From: Candidatus Marinacidobacterales bacterium
GTDB taxonomy: Bacteria > Acidobacteriota > Vicinamibacteria > Marinacidobacterales > SMYC01
Length of the DNA: 64,000 bases
Assembly (NCBI GenBank): GCA_965224085.1
Contig: CBDCYI010000004.1
Span: forward strand, 704,001 to 768,000
Direction of reading: 5' to 3'
The translations under genes and the position numbers were made by a program. Positions within the stretch are counted from its first letter, which is position 1. Every line of letters begins with the position of its first letter. Below the pieces are notes generated by a model, which was not told the DNA's origin, made no database searches, and worked only from the letters and a program-made list of their open reading frames with translations. Of the stretch, positions 19,020-29,131 are shown in pieces.

Positions 19020-20996
19020 ATGATGGGGAAAGGACCTGTTCTCGGCATGGTTATGCTGCTAGGGTTGTCCGCCCTGCCGGTCACGAGCGTCGCTCAGGAA
19101 AATTCTTACGAGAACGCCTATATTCACTACGTCGACGGAGACGTCACGCTGCAACGAGCGACGGAGCCCGAGCCCGGAGCCATCAACGTTCCCATTCTTC
19201 CGGGAGATCGGCTCTGGACGCATGCGAGCTCGCGTGTCGCTATCCGTTTCGCCGACGGTACGATCCTTCGTCTCGACGAGAGCACGAAAGTCGACTTCGT
19301 CACATTCGATCGCGAGCCCAATATCTTGCTGTGGAGCGGCAGCGCCATCCTGAAGCTCGGCGCCAGCAGCGCAAATCCTCGCATCGACTCGACCGCCGGA
19401 AGTGTGTACCCGCAATTCGAAGGTGTCTATCGCATCGACGTACAGGGCGGCACGACGATGAAGTTGTCGGTCCGACAAGGCCGCGCCGAGCTCGCGAGTA
19501 CCGAAGGTTCCGTCCTTGTCGGCGCGGGCGAGCAAAGCTTCATCGAAGCGTCCCACGAGCCGCCGTCCCCGTCTGCGCCATTCTCCTTCGATGCGGCAAG
19601 CGGCGACGCGTTCGACCAGTGGAGCGCAGAGCGGAATCTCTACGATCCGCGCCGCCGCGAAGTACCGCTCGCCGAAGTTCCCGAAGAGGTCCATCACTAC
19701 GTCGACGAGTTGAGCGAGCACGGCGAATGGCGGGCGCACGAAGAGCAAGGTTATGCCTGGTACCCGAGCGTGAGCGTCGGTTGGGCGCCTTACCGTCACG
19801 GCCGTTGGGGCTACACGCATTACGGCTATACGTGGATCTCCTACGAGCCATGGGGCTGGGCGCCGTATCACTACGGCCGTTGGGGTTACAATCACTATGG
19901 ATGGCACTGGGTTCCGGGCCGCCATTGGGGACCCGCTTGGGTCTCCTTCGCCATCGGACCCGCTTGGATCGGCTGGAGCCCGCTCGGCTATCATGGCGGG
20001 CCTGTTTTCTCTTATAGCTCCCTCCACTACGGGTCCCATAATTACGGTTATTACGGCCGCACCCGTGGCGCCACTCGATCGCGTCGAGCTCGTTACCGTG
20101 GCGGCAAAGCCGTGCCGCGCCACGTCTACGACAACGGTGCCGGATGGAACTTTTCCCACACAAGAAACTTCGGAAGCCGTGCGCGACGTGCCCGGCTGCG
20201 CCCGGATCAAGTTCGATCGACGTCCCGCGCCGCCGCACTTCACACGACGGCCTCCGTCTTGGATCGTAACTTGACGCCTAACGCGCTCGACGCGCGTGGG
20301 AGAGCTCAGGGAACCCTGGGACGACGTCGAGGTATAATCCTCCGCGCAGCGCGACCGCGAAGGGCTTCGCCCGAGGCAAGCTTGCAGCGGGCGCAGGAGC
20401 TCTCCGGCCGAACGGACACGAGAGTGATCCGGCGCGACAACACCGCCGCGCGCGCCGCCGCTCGAAGATTCGACACGGGCACGACAGCGAGGCCTGGGCC
20501 GTCGAGTACAATCCTGAGGGCCATGACTCGTAGTGGGTCCCAAGAGCGCGCCGAGAGCCAACCGACGGTGCGCACTTTTTGCACACCCAACACGACGGCC
20601 CGTCGTCCCGCAATTCGATCCGGAACCAGCACGGAGCGCGCAACGCCCACCCGCACCTTTCGCACGCCAAGCTCAGGTAACGCCAAGCTCCCCAACCGCT
20701 CAGGCACCACCACAAGCCCCAACCGCTCAGGTTTCCGGACCCAGCGGCCTTCGCCCAATAGCTGGCGCCGTGCACCGGCAGCACAGCCACGCCCTAGGCA
20801 GCCTAGTTCCAGCAAGCGGCGTGGGACACTATCGGCGCCAAGCCGCCCATCCGGCGTGCGCGCAACCCCAATACCGTCACGCGGCGGGTCTGCTACCCGA
20901 GGCACCCGCTCACCCTCGCGCCCGTCGTCGTCCCGTGGCAGCCGAGGCTCCCGAGGCCGAGGTTCAGCCCGCTCCCGCGGCAACAACAACCGGTAA
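19020..20996 (+). CDS. FecR-domain + DUF6600 (W/Y/G-rich repeats) exported protein with Arg/Ser-rich tail
   Basis: Signal peptide, INVPILPGDRLWT...RFADGTILRLDEST, LSEHGEW, WAPYRHGRW, EPWGWAPYHYGRW. SD AGGAGG before the ATG at 19020. Confidence 0.8.
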   Translation: MMGKGPVLGMVMLLGLSALPVTSVAQENSYENAYIHYVDGDVTLQRATEPEPGAINVPILPGDRLWTHASSRVAIRFADGTILRLDESTKVDFVTFDREPNILLWSGSAILKLGASSANPRIDSTAGSVYPQFEGVYRIDVQGGTTMKLSVRQGRAELASTEGSVLVGAGEQSFIEASHEPPSPSAPFSFDAASGDAFDQWSAERNLYDPRRREVPLAEVPEEVHHYVDELSEHGEWRAHEEQGYAWYPSVSVGWAPYRHGRWGYTHYGYTWISYEPWGWAPYHYGRWGYNHYGWHWVPGRHWGPAWVSFAIGPAWIGWSPLGYHGGPVFSYSSLHYGSHNYGYYGRTRGATRSRRARYRGGKAVPRHVYDNGAGWNFSHTRNFGSRARRARLRPDQVRSTSRAAALHTTASVLDRNLTPNALDARGRAQGTLGRRRGIILRAARPRRASPEASLQRAQELSGRTDTRVIRRDNTAARAAARRFDTGTTARPGPSSTILRAMTRSGSQERAESQPTVRTFCTPNTTARRPAIRSGTSTERATPTRTFRTPSSGNAKLPNRSGTTTSPNRSGFRTQRPSPNSWRRAPAAQPRPRQPSSSKRRGTLSAPSRPSGVRATPIPSRGGSATRGTRSPSRPSSSRGSRGSRGRGSARSRGNNNR

Positions 20997-21099
20997 ACCG
21001 CTAAAGCTGCACGCAGGCAGCGACACCTTTTCTTTGCACCTGTGCGTTATCTTTTCTCAAACATTGGTCCTTTTTCTTTGATTTAGATTTCTTGACGCT

Positions 21100-22686
21100 C
21101 TAGCGGATCCGAAAGATACGTGGCATTAACAAGAGGAGCTCTTCTCGCGCTAGCGTCTCGACGAGGGCGATGCGCTCGAGGAGCTCGGTCATCAGGCCTT
21201 CTCGGGGACCGACGAGTCCGACACGCAGCCGCTCTCGTAGGCTGCGGCGGCGTGGGTAGACGGCGATACGTGCCTTTCTAAGATCGAGATGGGCTTTTTG
21301 GGCCGCGAGCTGAAGGGCGGTGTTGAGGCCGCCGAGCTCGTCTACGAGCCCGAGCTCACGTGCCTGCCTTCCAGTCCAGACGCGTCCTCGCCCGGCGGCG
21401 TCTGCTTGCTCGATCGTGAGATCTCTTCCCTCCGCCACGACGGGTAGAAACCGGCGCCGGTAGAACTCCTCGAGGTAGCGCCGGTGCCACGCACGCTGCT
21501 CCTCCGTAAACGAGCGCAGCGGCGAGTTGATGCGGGCATTGCCTCCGAGGGCGATGCTCTCGCGGTGGATGCCGAGACGATCGAGCAAACGCCTCACGAC
21601 GAACTTCCCTCCGACCACGCCAATGGAGCCGGTTAGTGACGTTCCCTCCGCGACGACCCCACTCGCCGCGGCCGCGATGTAATAGCCGCCGGATGCCGCG
21701 ATGTTCCCCATCGAAACGACGACAGGTTTTTCCTTCACGGTAAGCGAGAGTTCGCGGTGAATGGCATCGGAGGCGATAACGCCTCCTCCAGGGCTCTCGA
21801 TCCGCAGGACGATCGCTCGTATGCGCGGATGGCGTCTGAGCTTCTGGAGCGCTTCGCGCAAGGCGTTGGCCGAGGCCGTCGACCGGCCGATTCCCGTCGT
21901 CAAGACGCCCACGACATGGAGCACTGCCACGCGGGGACGCCGCCATCGTGCGACGCGGCCGAGCCAGCCGGGCGACCCGTAGCGTGTATACTCGACGCGT
22001 TTCGCTCTTGGACCGATAGCCTCTTCGAAAAGCGTGTCGCAAGAATCCTCGTAGCCGAGCTCGTCGACGAGCCCCGCCCGTTTCGCATCCTGCGCCATAT
22101 GAGGACCGGCGGCAACCGCCGCGGCCGCAGCATCCGTCGTGATCCCGCGACCTTCGGCGATATGCCGGACGAATTGCTCGTTCATGTCCTCGAGGATGGA
22201 TTTCATCTCTCGGCGGTGCGGCTCCGACGAGCGGCGCTGCTCGAAGATTTCGCCCGCGGATTTGAACTCACCCACCGCGTCGAGCTCGGGGCTCACACCG
22301 AGCTCACCGAGCAAGTCTTTGAAGAACAGCCCTTCGCTCGAGAGCGCTTGCAGCGTCAGAGTCGCGCTCGGCGCGAGGACGATCCTTTCGCACGCGCAAG
22401 CCAAAAGGAACGTCGCGTTCGAAGCACCCTCGATAAAGGCCACGGTCGCTTTTCCTTGACTGCGCAACGCGCGAATGCCCCGGTGCAAGCTCTCCGCTTG
22501 TGACCAGCCGATCTCGATATTCGCAAGCTCGAGATAGAGCGCTCCGATGCGTTCATCGTCGCGCGCGCGGTCGAGTGCGCGCTCGATTTCGTAGATCGAC
22601 GCCCGCTCCGAACGCGCCCTTGGAAACCTTCCGGGGAGCTCACTCACGCCATGTGCGATTCGAATTTCGAGAATTCTTCGTTTCAT
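21100..22686 (-). CDS. sppA: Signal peptide peptidase SppA (tandem S49 domains)
   Basis: VGEFKSAGE, VLRIESPGG, VVVSMGNIAASGGYY, TGSIGV, GRVWTGRQA...GLVDELG. Confidence 0.9.
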   Translation of the reverse strand: MKRRILEIRIAHGVSELPGRFPRARSERASIYEIERALDRARDDERIGALYLELANIEIGWSQAESLHRGIRALRSQGKATVAFIEGASNATFLLACACERIVLAPSATLTLQALSSEGLFFKDLLGELGVSPELDAVGEFKSAGEIFEQRRSSEPHRREMKSILEDMNEQFVRHIAEGRGITTDAAAAAVAAGPHMAQDAKRAGLVDELGYEDSCDTLFEEAIGPRAKRVEYTRYGSPGWLGRVARWRRPRVAVLHVVGVLTTGIGRSTASANALREALQKLRRHPRIRAIVLRIESPGGGVIASDAIHRELSLTVKEKPVVVSMGNIAASGGYYIAAAASGVVAEGTSLTGSIGVVGGKFVVRRLLDRLGIHRESIALGGNARINSPLRSFTEEQRAWHRRYLEEFYRRRFLPVVAEGRDLTIEQADAAGRGRVWTGRQARELGLVDELGGLNTALQLAAQKAHLDLRKARIAVYPRRRSLRERLRVGLVGPREGLMTELLERIALVETLAREELLLLMPRIFRIR

Positions 22687-22845
22687 TCCGCGTTCCGGGA
22701 CCCTCCTTCATACAACAGACTGAGACCACGCGTCCATTCGAACATTGCGCCGATGTCGGGCAAACCCCACACAGCCTTCAAAGTCGGTTGTGATTTGGTC
22801 GGAAATTGTAGAAAATAATCCCGTTCCAACAAAATAGTCCCGATC

Positions 22846-24600
22846 ATGGCAGCAACGAACGTCAAAGGGGTGGCCTCCCGAGTGGAGTGGATCGGCTCGC
22901 TCGATGCCGTCCCCTTAGCGCAAGTTCTTCGTCAAATCGCCGCCGAGGAACGAAGCGGCGATCTTCAGATCAATCTCGGCTCCGCCATCAAGACCATTTA
23001 TTTCGATCACGGATTTGTCATCTTCGCCGGTAGCAATTTGAAACGCGATCGTCTAGGCGAAAGCCTCATCGGAGCCGGACGGATCTCGCGGCACGAGTTC
23101 GCGCTCGCGAGCATGTTGATGAAGGGCAGCCGCCGCAAATTCGGGCAGGCCCTCGTCAAAGCGGGCGTCATGTCCGAAGAGGAGCTCGGAAAGCATGTCG
23201 CTGCTCAAGTCAATCGGATCGTGATGTCGCTGTTCAAGTCCCCCGACGCGGTCTATAGCTTCGACGAGCGCGACACGGTGATCCCGATGGAGTTGATGGT
23301 GGGCTTGTCCATCTACCGTATCCTCCTCGAGGGCGTGCGGCACATGACGAACGGGAAGCTCCTCCTCGCTGGCCTTCCGCCGCTCAACACGATGGTGCAG
23401 GTCGCGGAGCATCCCCCTTTCACCATCGATCCGCGCAAGCTGAAGCCGATCGAGCAAAGCGTTTTGCGCGGTGCCGGCAGAGGAGCCCCTCTTTCAACAT
23501 TACTACGGCGCGGCGACAGCGAACGCGGCCTCGTGCTTCGGGCGTGTTACGGCTTGTACGCGGCGGGGCTTCTCGATCCGGCCGACGAAAGCCCGCGGCG
23601 TCCTTTGAAGGTGCAGGAAGAGACGGGCGTCTTCGTGCTCTCCGAGATTCAGAGAAAGTTCGCGAAGATTCAAGCAACGAACGCGCAGCAGGAGATCCTG
23701 ATGGAGTTCGACCGCCTGGACCGCGCCTCGGAACAAGAGCTGCTGCGCCTCGAAGGTCCGGCTCAGGAATCCGCCATTCAAAAAGCGTTCGAAAAGCGCC
23801 AATCCGAGTGGAGAAAAAAGCGCGCGATGGTGGAAGCACAGCAGACGCTCGTCGCCAAAATCGACGTCATCCAGGAGCGGCTGCAAAAAGCCTACGAGCG
23901 CATGCTCGAACAACGTGAGCGAGTGAACGAGGATACCAAGCCCGATACCGCTGCAGTACCGACGTTCGAAACACCGACCGAACACCAACTGCCTCCGCTG
24001 AACGAAGGGTTGTTCGAGGAAATGGGGAACGACCTCAGCGTGGCCAACGAAAAGGCCGCGCACTCTCTCGTCGACACGCAGCCACCCGAGCCGCCAGTGC
24101 CACCGGCGGACGCCGCGTCCGCGGAGGAGAGCCTGGAGCGCGAGCCGGACGAAGATGCCAACGCGGACGCCGTTGCGGGATTGACGGGTGCCGTTCGCGC
24201 CGATCGCGTGCGCCAACTCCTCCGCGACGTCAAGCTGCACTTTCAAGTACGTGACTGGGAGCACGCCGTCTCGCTTCTGTACGAGCTCGTAGAACTCGAG
24301 CCGGAAGTAGCACAACATCACGGTATGCTCGGCCGCGCGATGGCGCGCCACCCCGTCATGAGAAAAGATGCTGAACGCCACTTCATCGAAGCCCTTCGGC
24401 TCGCGCCCCAGGACGCAGACCTCCATTTCTCGCTCGGGCTGTACTACAAATCCTTCAACATGCACTCGCGGGCGCAGAACGCGTTCCGCACGGCACTGCG
24501 TATTCGTCCCGAGCATGAAGGAGCACGAAAACAATTGAGCTCGGGGCCGGGCGGTAAAAAAGACCCGCTGCGCGACATGTTCAAGAAAATCTTCGGTTGA
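22846..24600 (+). CDS. DUF4388 + coiled-coil + TPR protein
   Basis: GSLDAVPLAQVL...SGDLQI...KTIYFDHGFV...RLGESL, C-terminal TPR repeats. Confidence 0.8.
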   Translation: MAATNVKGVASRVEWIGSLDAVPLAQVLRQIAAEERSGDLQINLGSAIKTIYFDHGFVIFAGSNLKRDRLGESLIGAGRISRHEFALASMLMKGSRRKFGQALVKAGVMSEEELGKHVAAQVNRIVMSLFKSPDAVYSFDERDTVIPMELMVGLSIYRILLEGVRHMTNGKLLLAGLPPLNTMVQVAEHPPFTIDPRKLKPIEQSVLRGAGRGAPLSTLLRRGDSERGLVLRACYGLYAAGLLDPADESPRRPLKVQEETGVFVLSEIQRKFAKIQATNAQQEILMEFDRLDRASEQELLRLEGPAQESAIQKAFEKRQSEWRKKRAMVEAQQTLVAKIDVIQERLQKAYERMLEQRERVNEDTKPDTAAVPTFETPTEHQLPPLNEGLFEEMGNDLSVANEKAAHSLVDTQPPEPPVPPADAASAEESLEREPDEDANADAVAGLTGAVRADRVRQLLRDVKLHFQVRDWEHAVSLLYELVELEPEVAQHHGMLGRAMARHPVMRKDAERHFIEALRLAPQDADLHFSLGLYYKSFNMHSRAQNAFRTALRIRPEHEGARKQLSSGPGGKKDPLRDMFKKIFG

Positions 24601-24820
24601 ACTGGTCCACGAAGCCCGAACGCGAAAATAGGATCTCGTTGAAAACTCGCGGCGTCACCCATCCTCCACTTAAAGCAGCACTTTACCAGATTAGCGTTAA
24701 CTGTATTTTGGGCGCGCCCGATCCGGGGGTGATATATGCGTATTGATATTTAAATAATTGTTTTATAGAAGATATACGTCTAGCGCGCCCGTCCCTAAAT
24801 CCCATCTGCTCATAAGCTTC

Positions 24821-24868
24821 CCCCTACATTTAGTGGGTCCAATTACCCAACAACGCAAAATCTAGTAT
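24821..24868 (+). promoter_or_regulatory. Tandem NrdR boxes
   Basis: CCCCTACATTTAGTGG (24821-24836) and ACGCAAAATCTAGTAT (24853-24868) fit acaCwAtATaTwGtgt, 32 bp apart, upstream of an RNR gene. Confidence 0.82.
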
Positions 24869-24875
24869 TTTTTTC

Positions 24876-24904
24876 TTGACAGCGAATCGTGCTCCGCATA
24901 TAAA
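24876..24904 (+). promoter_or_regulatory. sigma70 promoter for nrdJ
   Basis: TTGACA-17 nt-TATAAA directly after the second NrdR box. Confidence 0.78.
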
Positions 24905-25165
24905 ACTATTTCCAAGGCTCGCTCAGAAAGAACCACTAGGTTATTAGAGCTGCTGGCCGCGGCGGGAAGTTCAGTACGCCCTCGATTTGTCTTTCGCGAC
25001 GCTCGGGGGAGCGGGGATGGTATTCGCTGAACATGAGCCCAGTTGTACCAAACAAGATTTCTAGAGGGTTTCGGCGATAGGCCAAGCAAAAGTGGAACCG
25101 CGTAACGAGCGCCGTGAGGCGGTGGCTCGGAAATCAGGTTTTTTCTCGCGACCGGAGGGTCCAGG

Positions 25166-28027
25166 ATGGCGACGACGAAAAAAGATATTTCTTTGGTGTT
25201 GGACTCAGAATCGACGGAGCCAAAAACAACTGGATCAAAAACGACTGAAAACAACGTCTCAAACGATATGACCACGAACTCGAACGGTCAGGACACCGTA
25301 AAGAAGCGTTTGAAGGCGCTTCGATTCGAGCGGATCTTCACCGAGAAAAGTGTTTCACCTTACGACGCCATCGAATGGGAAATCCGAGACGCGGTCATCA
25401 CGGACGAAAAAGGCGACATCGTCTTCGAGCAGAAGAACGTCGAAGTCCCGAAGAGCTGGTCGCAAATGGCGACCAACATCGTCGCGTCGAAATATTTTCA
25501 TGGCTCGCTCGAGACGGACGAGCGCGAGTACAGCGCGCGTCAGCTCATCGGGCGCGTCGTCGACACGATGACGCGTTGGGGACAAGAAGGCGGCTATTTC
25601 GCCAGCGAGGATGATACGGAAACGTTCCGCGACGAGCTCACATTCCTGCTCTTGAACCAGCACGCCTCGTTCAACTCCCCCGTGTGGTTCAACTGCGGCA
25701 TCGAAGCAAAGCCCCAATGCTCCGCGTGCTTCATCAACTCCGTCGACGACACGATGCACTCCATCCTGAACCTCGCGAAAACAGAGGGTATGCTCTTCAA
25801 ATGGGGCTCGGGAACGGGCTCGAATCTCTCGACCATTCGAAGCTCCAAAGAAAACCTCTCGGGCGGCGGCATCGCTAGCGGCCCGGTCTCCTTCATGAAA
25901 GGCTATGACGCTTTCGCCGGCGTCATCCGGAGCGGCGGCAAGACGCGGCGCGCGGCAAAGATGGTGATCTTGAACGTCGACCATCCGGACATCATGGAGT
26001 TCATCGAGTGCAAGCTCCGTGAAGAGCACAAGGCCTGGACTTTGATCGATGCGGGTTATGACGGTTCGTTCAACGGTGAAGCCTACGCGTCGGTCTTCTA
26101 CCAGAACGCCAATCACAGCGTGCGTGTGACCGACGATTTCATGCAAGCTGTCGAGCAGGACAACGAATGGTCGACACGATCCGTAAAAACGGGTGAAACT
26201 CACAGCACCTATCGCGCGCGAGACGTACTTCACAAAATCGCCGAATCCACGTACGTCTGCGGGGATCCAGGCATGCAGTACGACACCACCATCAACCGGT
26301 GGCACACGTCGAAGAATACCGGACGCATCAACGCTTCCAATCCTTGCTCTGAGTACATGTATCTCGACGATAGCGCGTGCAATCTCGCGTCCCTGAACCT
26401 CATGAAGTTCGTGACCTCCGAGGGCGGACTGTTTGACGTCCAAGCGTTCCGAAAGGCGGTCGATGTCGTCATCAGCGCGATGGAGATCATCGTCAGCAAT
26501 GCGAGCTACCCCACACCGACGATCGGCCGCAATTCGCAAGACTATCGGCCTCTCGGGATTGGCTATGCCAACCTCGGCGCTCTTTTGATGTATCAGGGTA
26601 TTCCGTACGACCACGACAAGGGCCGTGACACCGCCGCCGCCATAACGGCGGTGATGACGGGACAGGCCTATCGTCAGTCTTCACTCATCGCCGCCAATCT
26701 CGGCCCGTTCGAAGGCTACAGCGAAAACCGCGAGTGCATGAACAAGGTCATGAGGATGCACCGGGACGCGGTCGAGGCCATCGATCCCGGGCGCGTCGAG
26801 CCGGATCTCTACCGCGCCGCCGTCGATACGTGGACCGAGGCGGTGCAGTTCGGCGAAGAGCACGGTCACCGGAACGGACAAGCTTCCGTCCTTGCTCCGA
26901 CCGGCACGATCGGACTTGTGATGGATTGCGATACGACAGGCGTCGAGCCGGATCTCGCGCTCGTCAAGTACAAGAAGCTCGTCGGCGGCGGGCTGATGAA
27001 GATCGTCAATCAGACGGTGCCTTCGGCACTGGCGCGGCTCGGCTATCGGGAAAACGAAGCCGACGCGATCGTAGACTACGTCCACCAGAACGGATTCATC
27101 GAGGGTGCGCCGCTCTTACGCGATGAGCACCTGCCGGTTTTCGACTGCGCGGTACAGTCGCCCGGCGGCAAACGCTCTATCCACTTTATGGGCCACGTCA
27201 AGATGATGTCGGCCGTTCAGCCGTTTCTCTCGGGCGCGATCTCGAAGACGGTCAACATGCCGAAAGAGTCCACTATCGACGAAATCATGCAGACGTATCT
27301 CGAGGCGTGGAAGCTCGGCTTGAAATCAATCGCCATTTATAGGGACAGCAGCAAGCGGACGCAGCCCTTGAACACTTCGGGCCAAGCCACCATGCCGGGC
27401 GGCGTCCCTCAGGCCGCACGACCCGTGCAGCGCAAGCTTCCCGTCGAGCGACAGGCCATTACGCACAAGTTCAGCATTGCGGGGCACGAGGGCTACATCA
27501 CGGTCGGCATGTACGACGACGGCTCGCCAGGCGAGATCTTCATCAACATGTCGAAGGAAGGGTCGGCAGTGTCCGGCTTGATGGACGCTTTCGCCCGCGC
27601 CATCTCCTATGCGCTCCAATACGGTGTGCCGCTGGAAGTGCTCGTCGACAAGTTCGCTCATACGCGTTTCGAGCCCTCGGGATTCACCGGCAACGATCAA
27701 ATCCCCTACGCGAAGTCCATTACGGATTATCTCTTCCGGTGGCTGGCGTCGAAGTTCTATTCGCCGGATAAGCTCGCACAAGCCGGCGTTGTCGAGGAGA
27801 CCCGTACGATCGCGAATGGAGGCCCGCTTAATCCCAGTCCCGCTTCGGAGCCGGCCGCCGCCCCTACCGCGAAACCGGAGTCGGAATCGGGAGCCCATGA
27901 TTCAATGCCTTCGATGCCGCCTTTGTTCGAGGATGCGCCGCCGTGCTCCACTTGTGGCTCGATCATGGTACGCAACGGAAGCTGCTACAAGTGCCTCAAC
28001 TGCGGGACGACCAGCGGCTGCTCGTAA
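25166..28027 (+). CDS. nrdJ: Class II (B12-dependent) ribonucleotide reductase
   Basis: FNSPVWFN, PQCSACFI, SGGKTRRAAKM, ASNPCSEY, LAPTGTIG, GAISKTVN, TSCPD-like domain, C-terminal CxxC...CLNCGTTSGCS. Confidence 0.96.
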   Translation: MATTKKDISLVLDSESTEPKTTGSKTTENNVSNDMTTNSNGQDTVKKRLKALRFERIFTEKSVSPYDAIEWEIRDAVITDEKGDIVFEQKNVEVPKSWSQMATNIVASKYFHGSLETDEREYSARQLIGRVVDTMTRWGQEGGYFASEDDTETFRDELTFLLLNQHASFNSPVWFNCGIEAKPQCSACFINSVDDTMHSILNLAKTEGMLFKWGSGTGSNLSTIRSSKENLSGGGIASGPVSFMKGYDAFAGVIRSGGKTRRAAKMVILNVDHPDIMEFIECKLREEHKAWTLIDAGYDGSFNGEAYASVFYQNANHSVRVTDDFMQAVEQDNEWSTRSVKTGETHSTYRARDVLHKIAESTYVCGDPGMQYDTTINRWHTSKNTGRINASNPCSEYMYLDDSACNLASLNLMKFVTSEGGLFDVQAFRKAVDVVISAMEIIVSNASYPTPTIGRNSQDYRPLGIGYANLGALLMYQGIPYDHDKGRDTAAAITAVMTGQAYRQSSLIAANLGPFEGYSENRECMNKVMRMHRDAVEAIDPGRVEPDLYRAAVDTWTEAVQFGEEHGHRNGQASVLAPTGTIGLVMDCDTTGVEPDLALVKYKKLVGGGLMKIVNQTVPSALARLGYRENEADAIVDYVHQNGFIEGAPLLRDEHLPVFDCAVQSPGGKRSIHFMGHVKMMSAVQPFLSGAISKTVNMPKESTIDEIMQTYLEAWKLGLKSIAIYRDSSKRTQPLNTSGQATMPGGVPQAARPVQRKLPVERQAITHKFSIAGHEGYITVGMYDDGSPGEIFINMSKEGSAVSGLMDAFARAISYALQYGVPLEVLVDKFAHTRFEPSGFTGNDQIPYAKSITDYLFRWLASKFYSPDKLAQAGVVEETRTIANGGPLNPSPASEPAAAPTAKPESESGAHDSMPSMPPLFEDAPPCSTCGSIMVRNGSCYKCLNCGTTSGCS

Positions 28028-28090
28028 AGAACCTCCGAAAGCCGTACGTTCGTCTCGCGAGCCGAGTTCTGAGATAAACTCTCGCGAGCC

Positions 28091-29131
28091 ATGACGACAG
28101 CCTACGATTTTGAGTCACTGCCACGCGAGCTCGACTGTCTTGCCATCGATCCCGCACCCCTCACGCCCACGGACGACGAGCTTTTGCGCATGTACCGAGC
28201 CATGCGGCTCGCACGCATTTTCGAGACGCGGCTGGCCTCCTTGTACCGCCAAGGCAAGATCATCGGCGCCGTCTATCTAGGCACCGGACAAGAGGCCATC
28301 GCGACGGGCGTGGCTTCGTTGATGGACAGCGACGACATCGTCAGCACCGTCTCGCGCAGCTTGGCGGCCTGGTTTTACCGCGGAGTGGAGCCGAAGCACG
28401 TCGTCGCCCGCTGGTTCGGCAAAGACGTGCCGCCATCGCACGGCCGCGACTTGGGCCTGTTCCTCGCCGACCTTGAAACCTACGGCATCGCGCCCTATCA
28501 CAACGGCTCGATGGCCTCCTGGATCCCGTCCGGGGCCGGCTTCGCTTTGGCGTTCAAGATGAAACGCCAGCCGAACGTCTACATCGCCTTCACGGGGGAT
28601 GGCGCAACGAGCCCGGGCGATTTCTACGAAGGACTGAATCTCGCATCGATTCACAAACTGCCGCTCGTCGTCATCATCGAGAACAATCAGTTCGCCTATT
28701 CCACCCCGATCCACAAGCAGATGCCCGTCAAGCGCGTTTCGGACCGCGGCCCCGCATTCAACCTGTACACGGACGTCGCTTTCGGAAACGACGTCTTCAA
28801 CGTCATCCGGCACGCGAAAAAGGCGATCTCCCACGCCCGCAGCGGCCAGGGCCCAGCTCTTTTGGAGTTTCTCACTTTCCGCCGGCGCGGCCACGGCGAG
28901 CATGATGACGCGTCCTATGTCTCGCAAAAGGCCCGAGACTACTGGGAGGCACGCGACCCCATCAAGCTGTACGAAGAATACCTTCTCGGTAAAGGCGGTC
29001 TGACGCGGGCGGCGCTCGAGACCGTCGAAACCGAGTGCACCGTCATCGTCGACGATGCGGTCCGCTATGCCGATTCTTTGCCTTTTCCTAAGCCGGAGTC
29101 TGCGACGACTCGGTTGTTCGCGCCGCGATAG
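28091..29131 (+). CDS. TPP-dependent dehydrogenase E1 alpha subunit
   Basis: GTGQEAI, TGDGATS...IENNQFAYST, RRRGHGEHDD, RDPI. Confidence 0.9.
   Translation: MTTAYDFESLPRELDCLAIDPAPLTPTDDELLRMYRAMRLARIFETRLASLYRQGKIIGAVYLGTGQEAIATGVASLMDSDDIVSTVSRSLAAWFYRGVEPKHVVARWFGKDVPPSHGRDLGLFLADLETYGIAPYHNGSMASWIPSGAGFALAFKMKRQPNVYIAFTGDGATSPGDFYEGLNLASIHKLPLVVIIENNQFAYSTPIHKQMPVKRVSDRGPAFNLYTDVAFGNDVFNVIRHAKKAISHARSGQGPALLEFLTFRRRGHGEHDDASYVSQKARDYWEARDPIKLYEEYLLGKGGLTRAALETVETECTVIVDDAVRYADSLPFPKPESATTRLFAPR

Noticed and set aside
19059-20989. Long minus-strand ORFs opposite the FecR/DUF6600 gene
   Set aside because: Shadow ORFs of GC-rich, low-complexity coding sequence.
24660-24910. Possible oriC in the AT-rich stretch
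   Set aside because: No DnaA-box cluster seen. NrdR boxes and a promoter explain the region.
24911-25165. Cobalamin riboswitch upstream of nrdJ
   Set aside because: The B12-box and core motifs were not recognisable.
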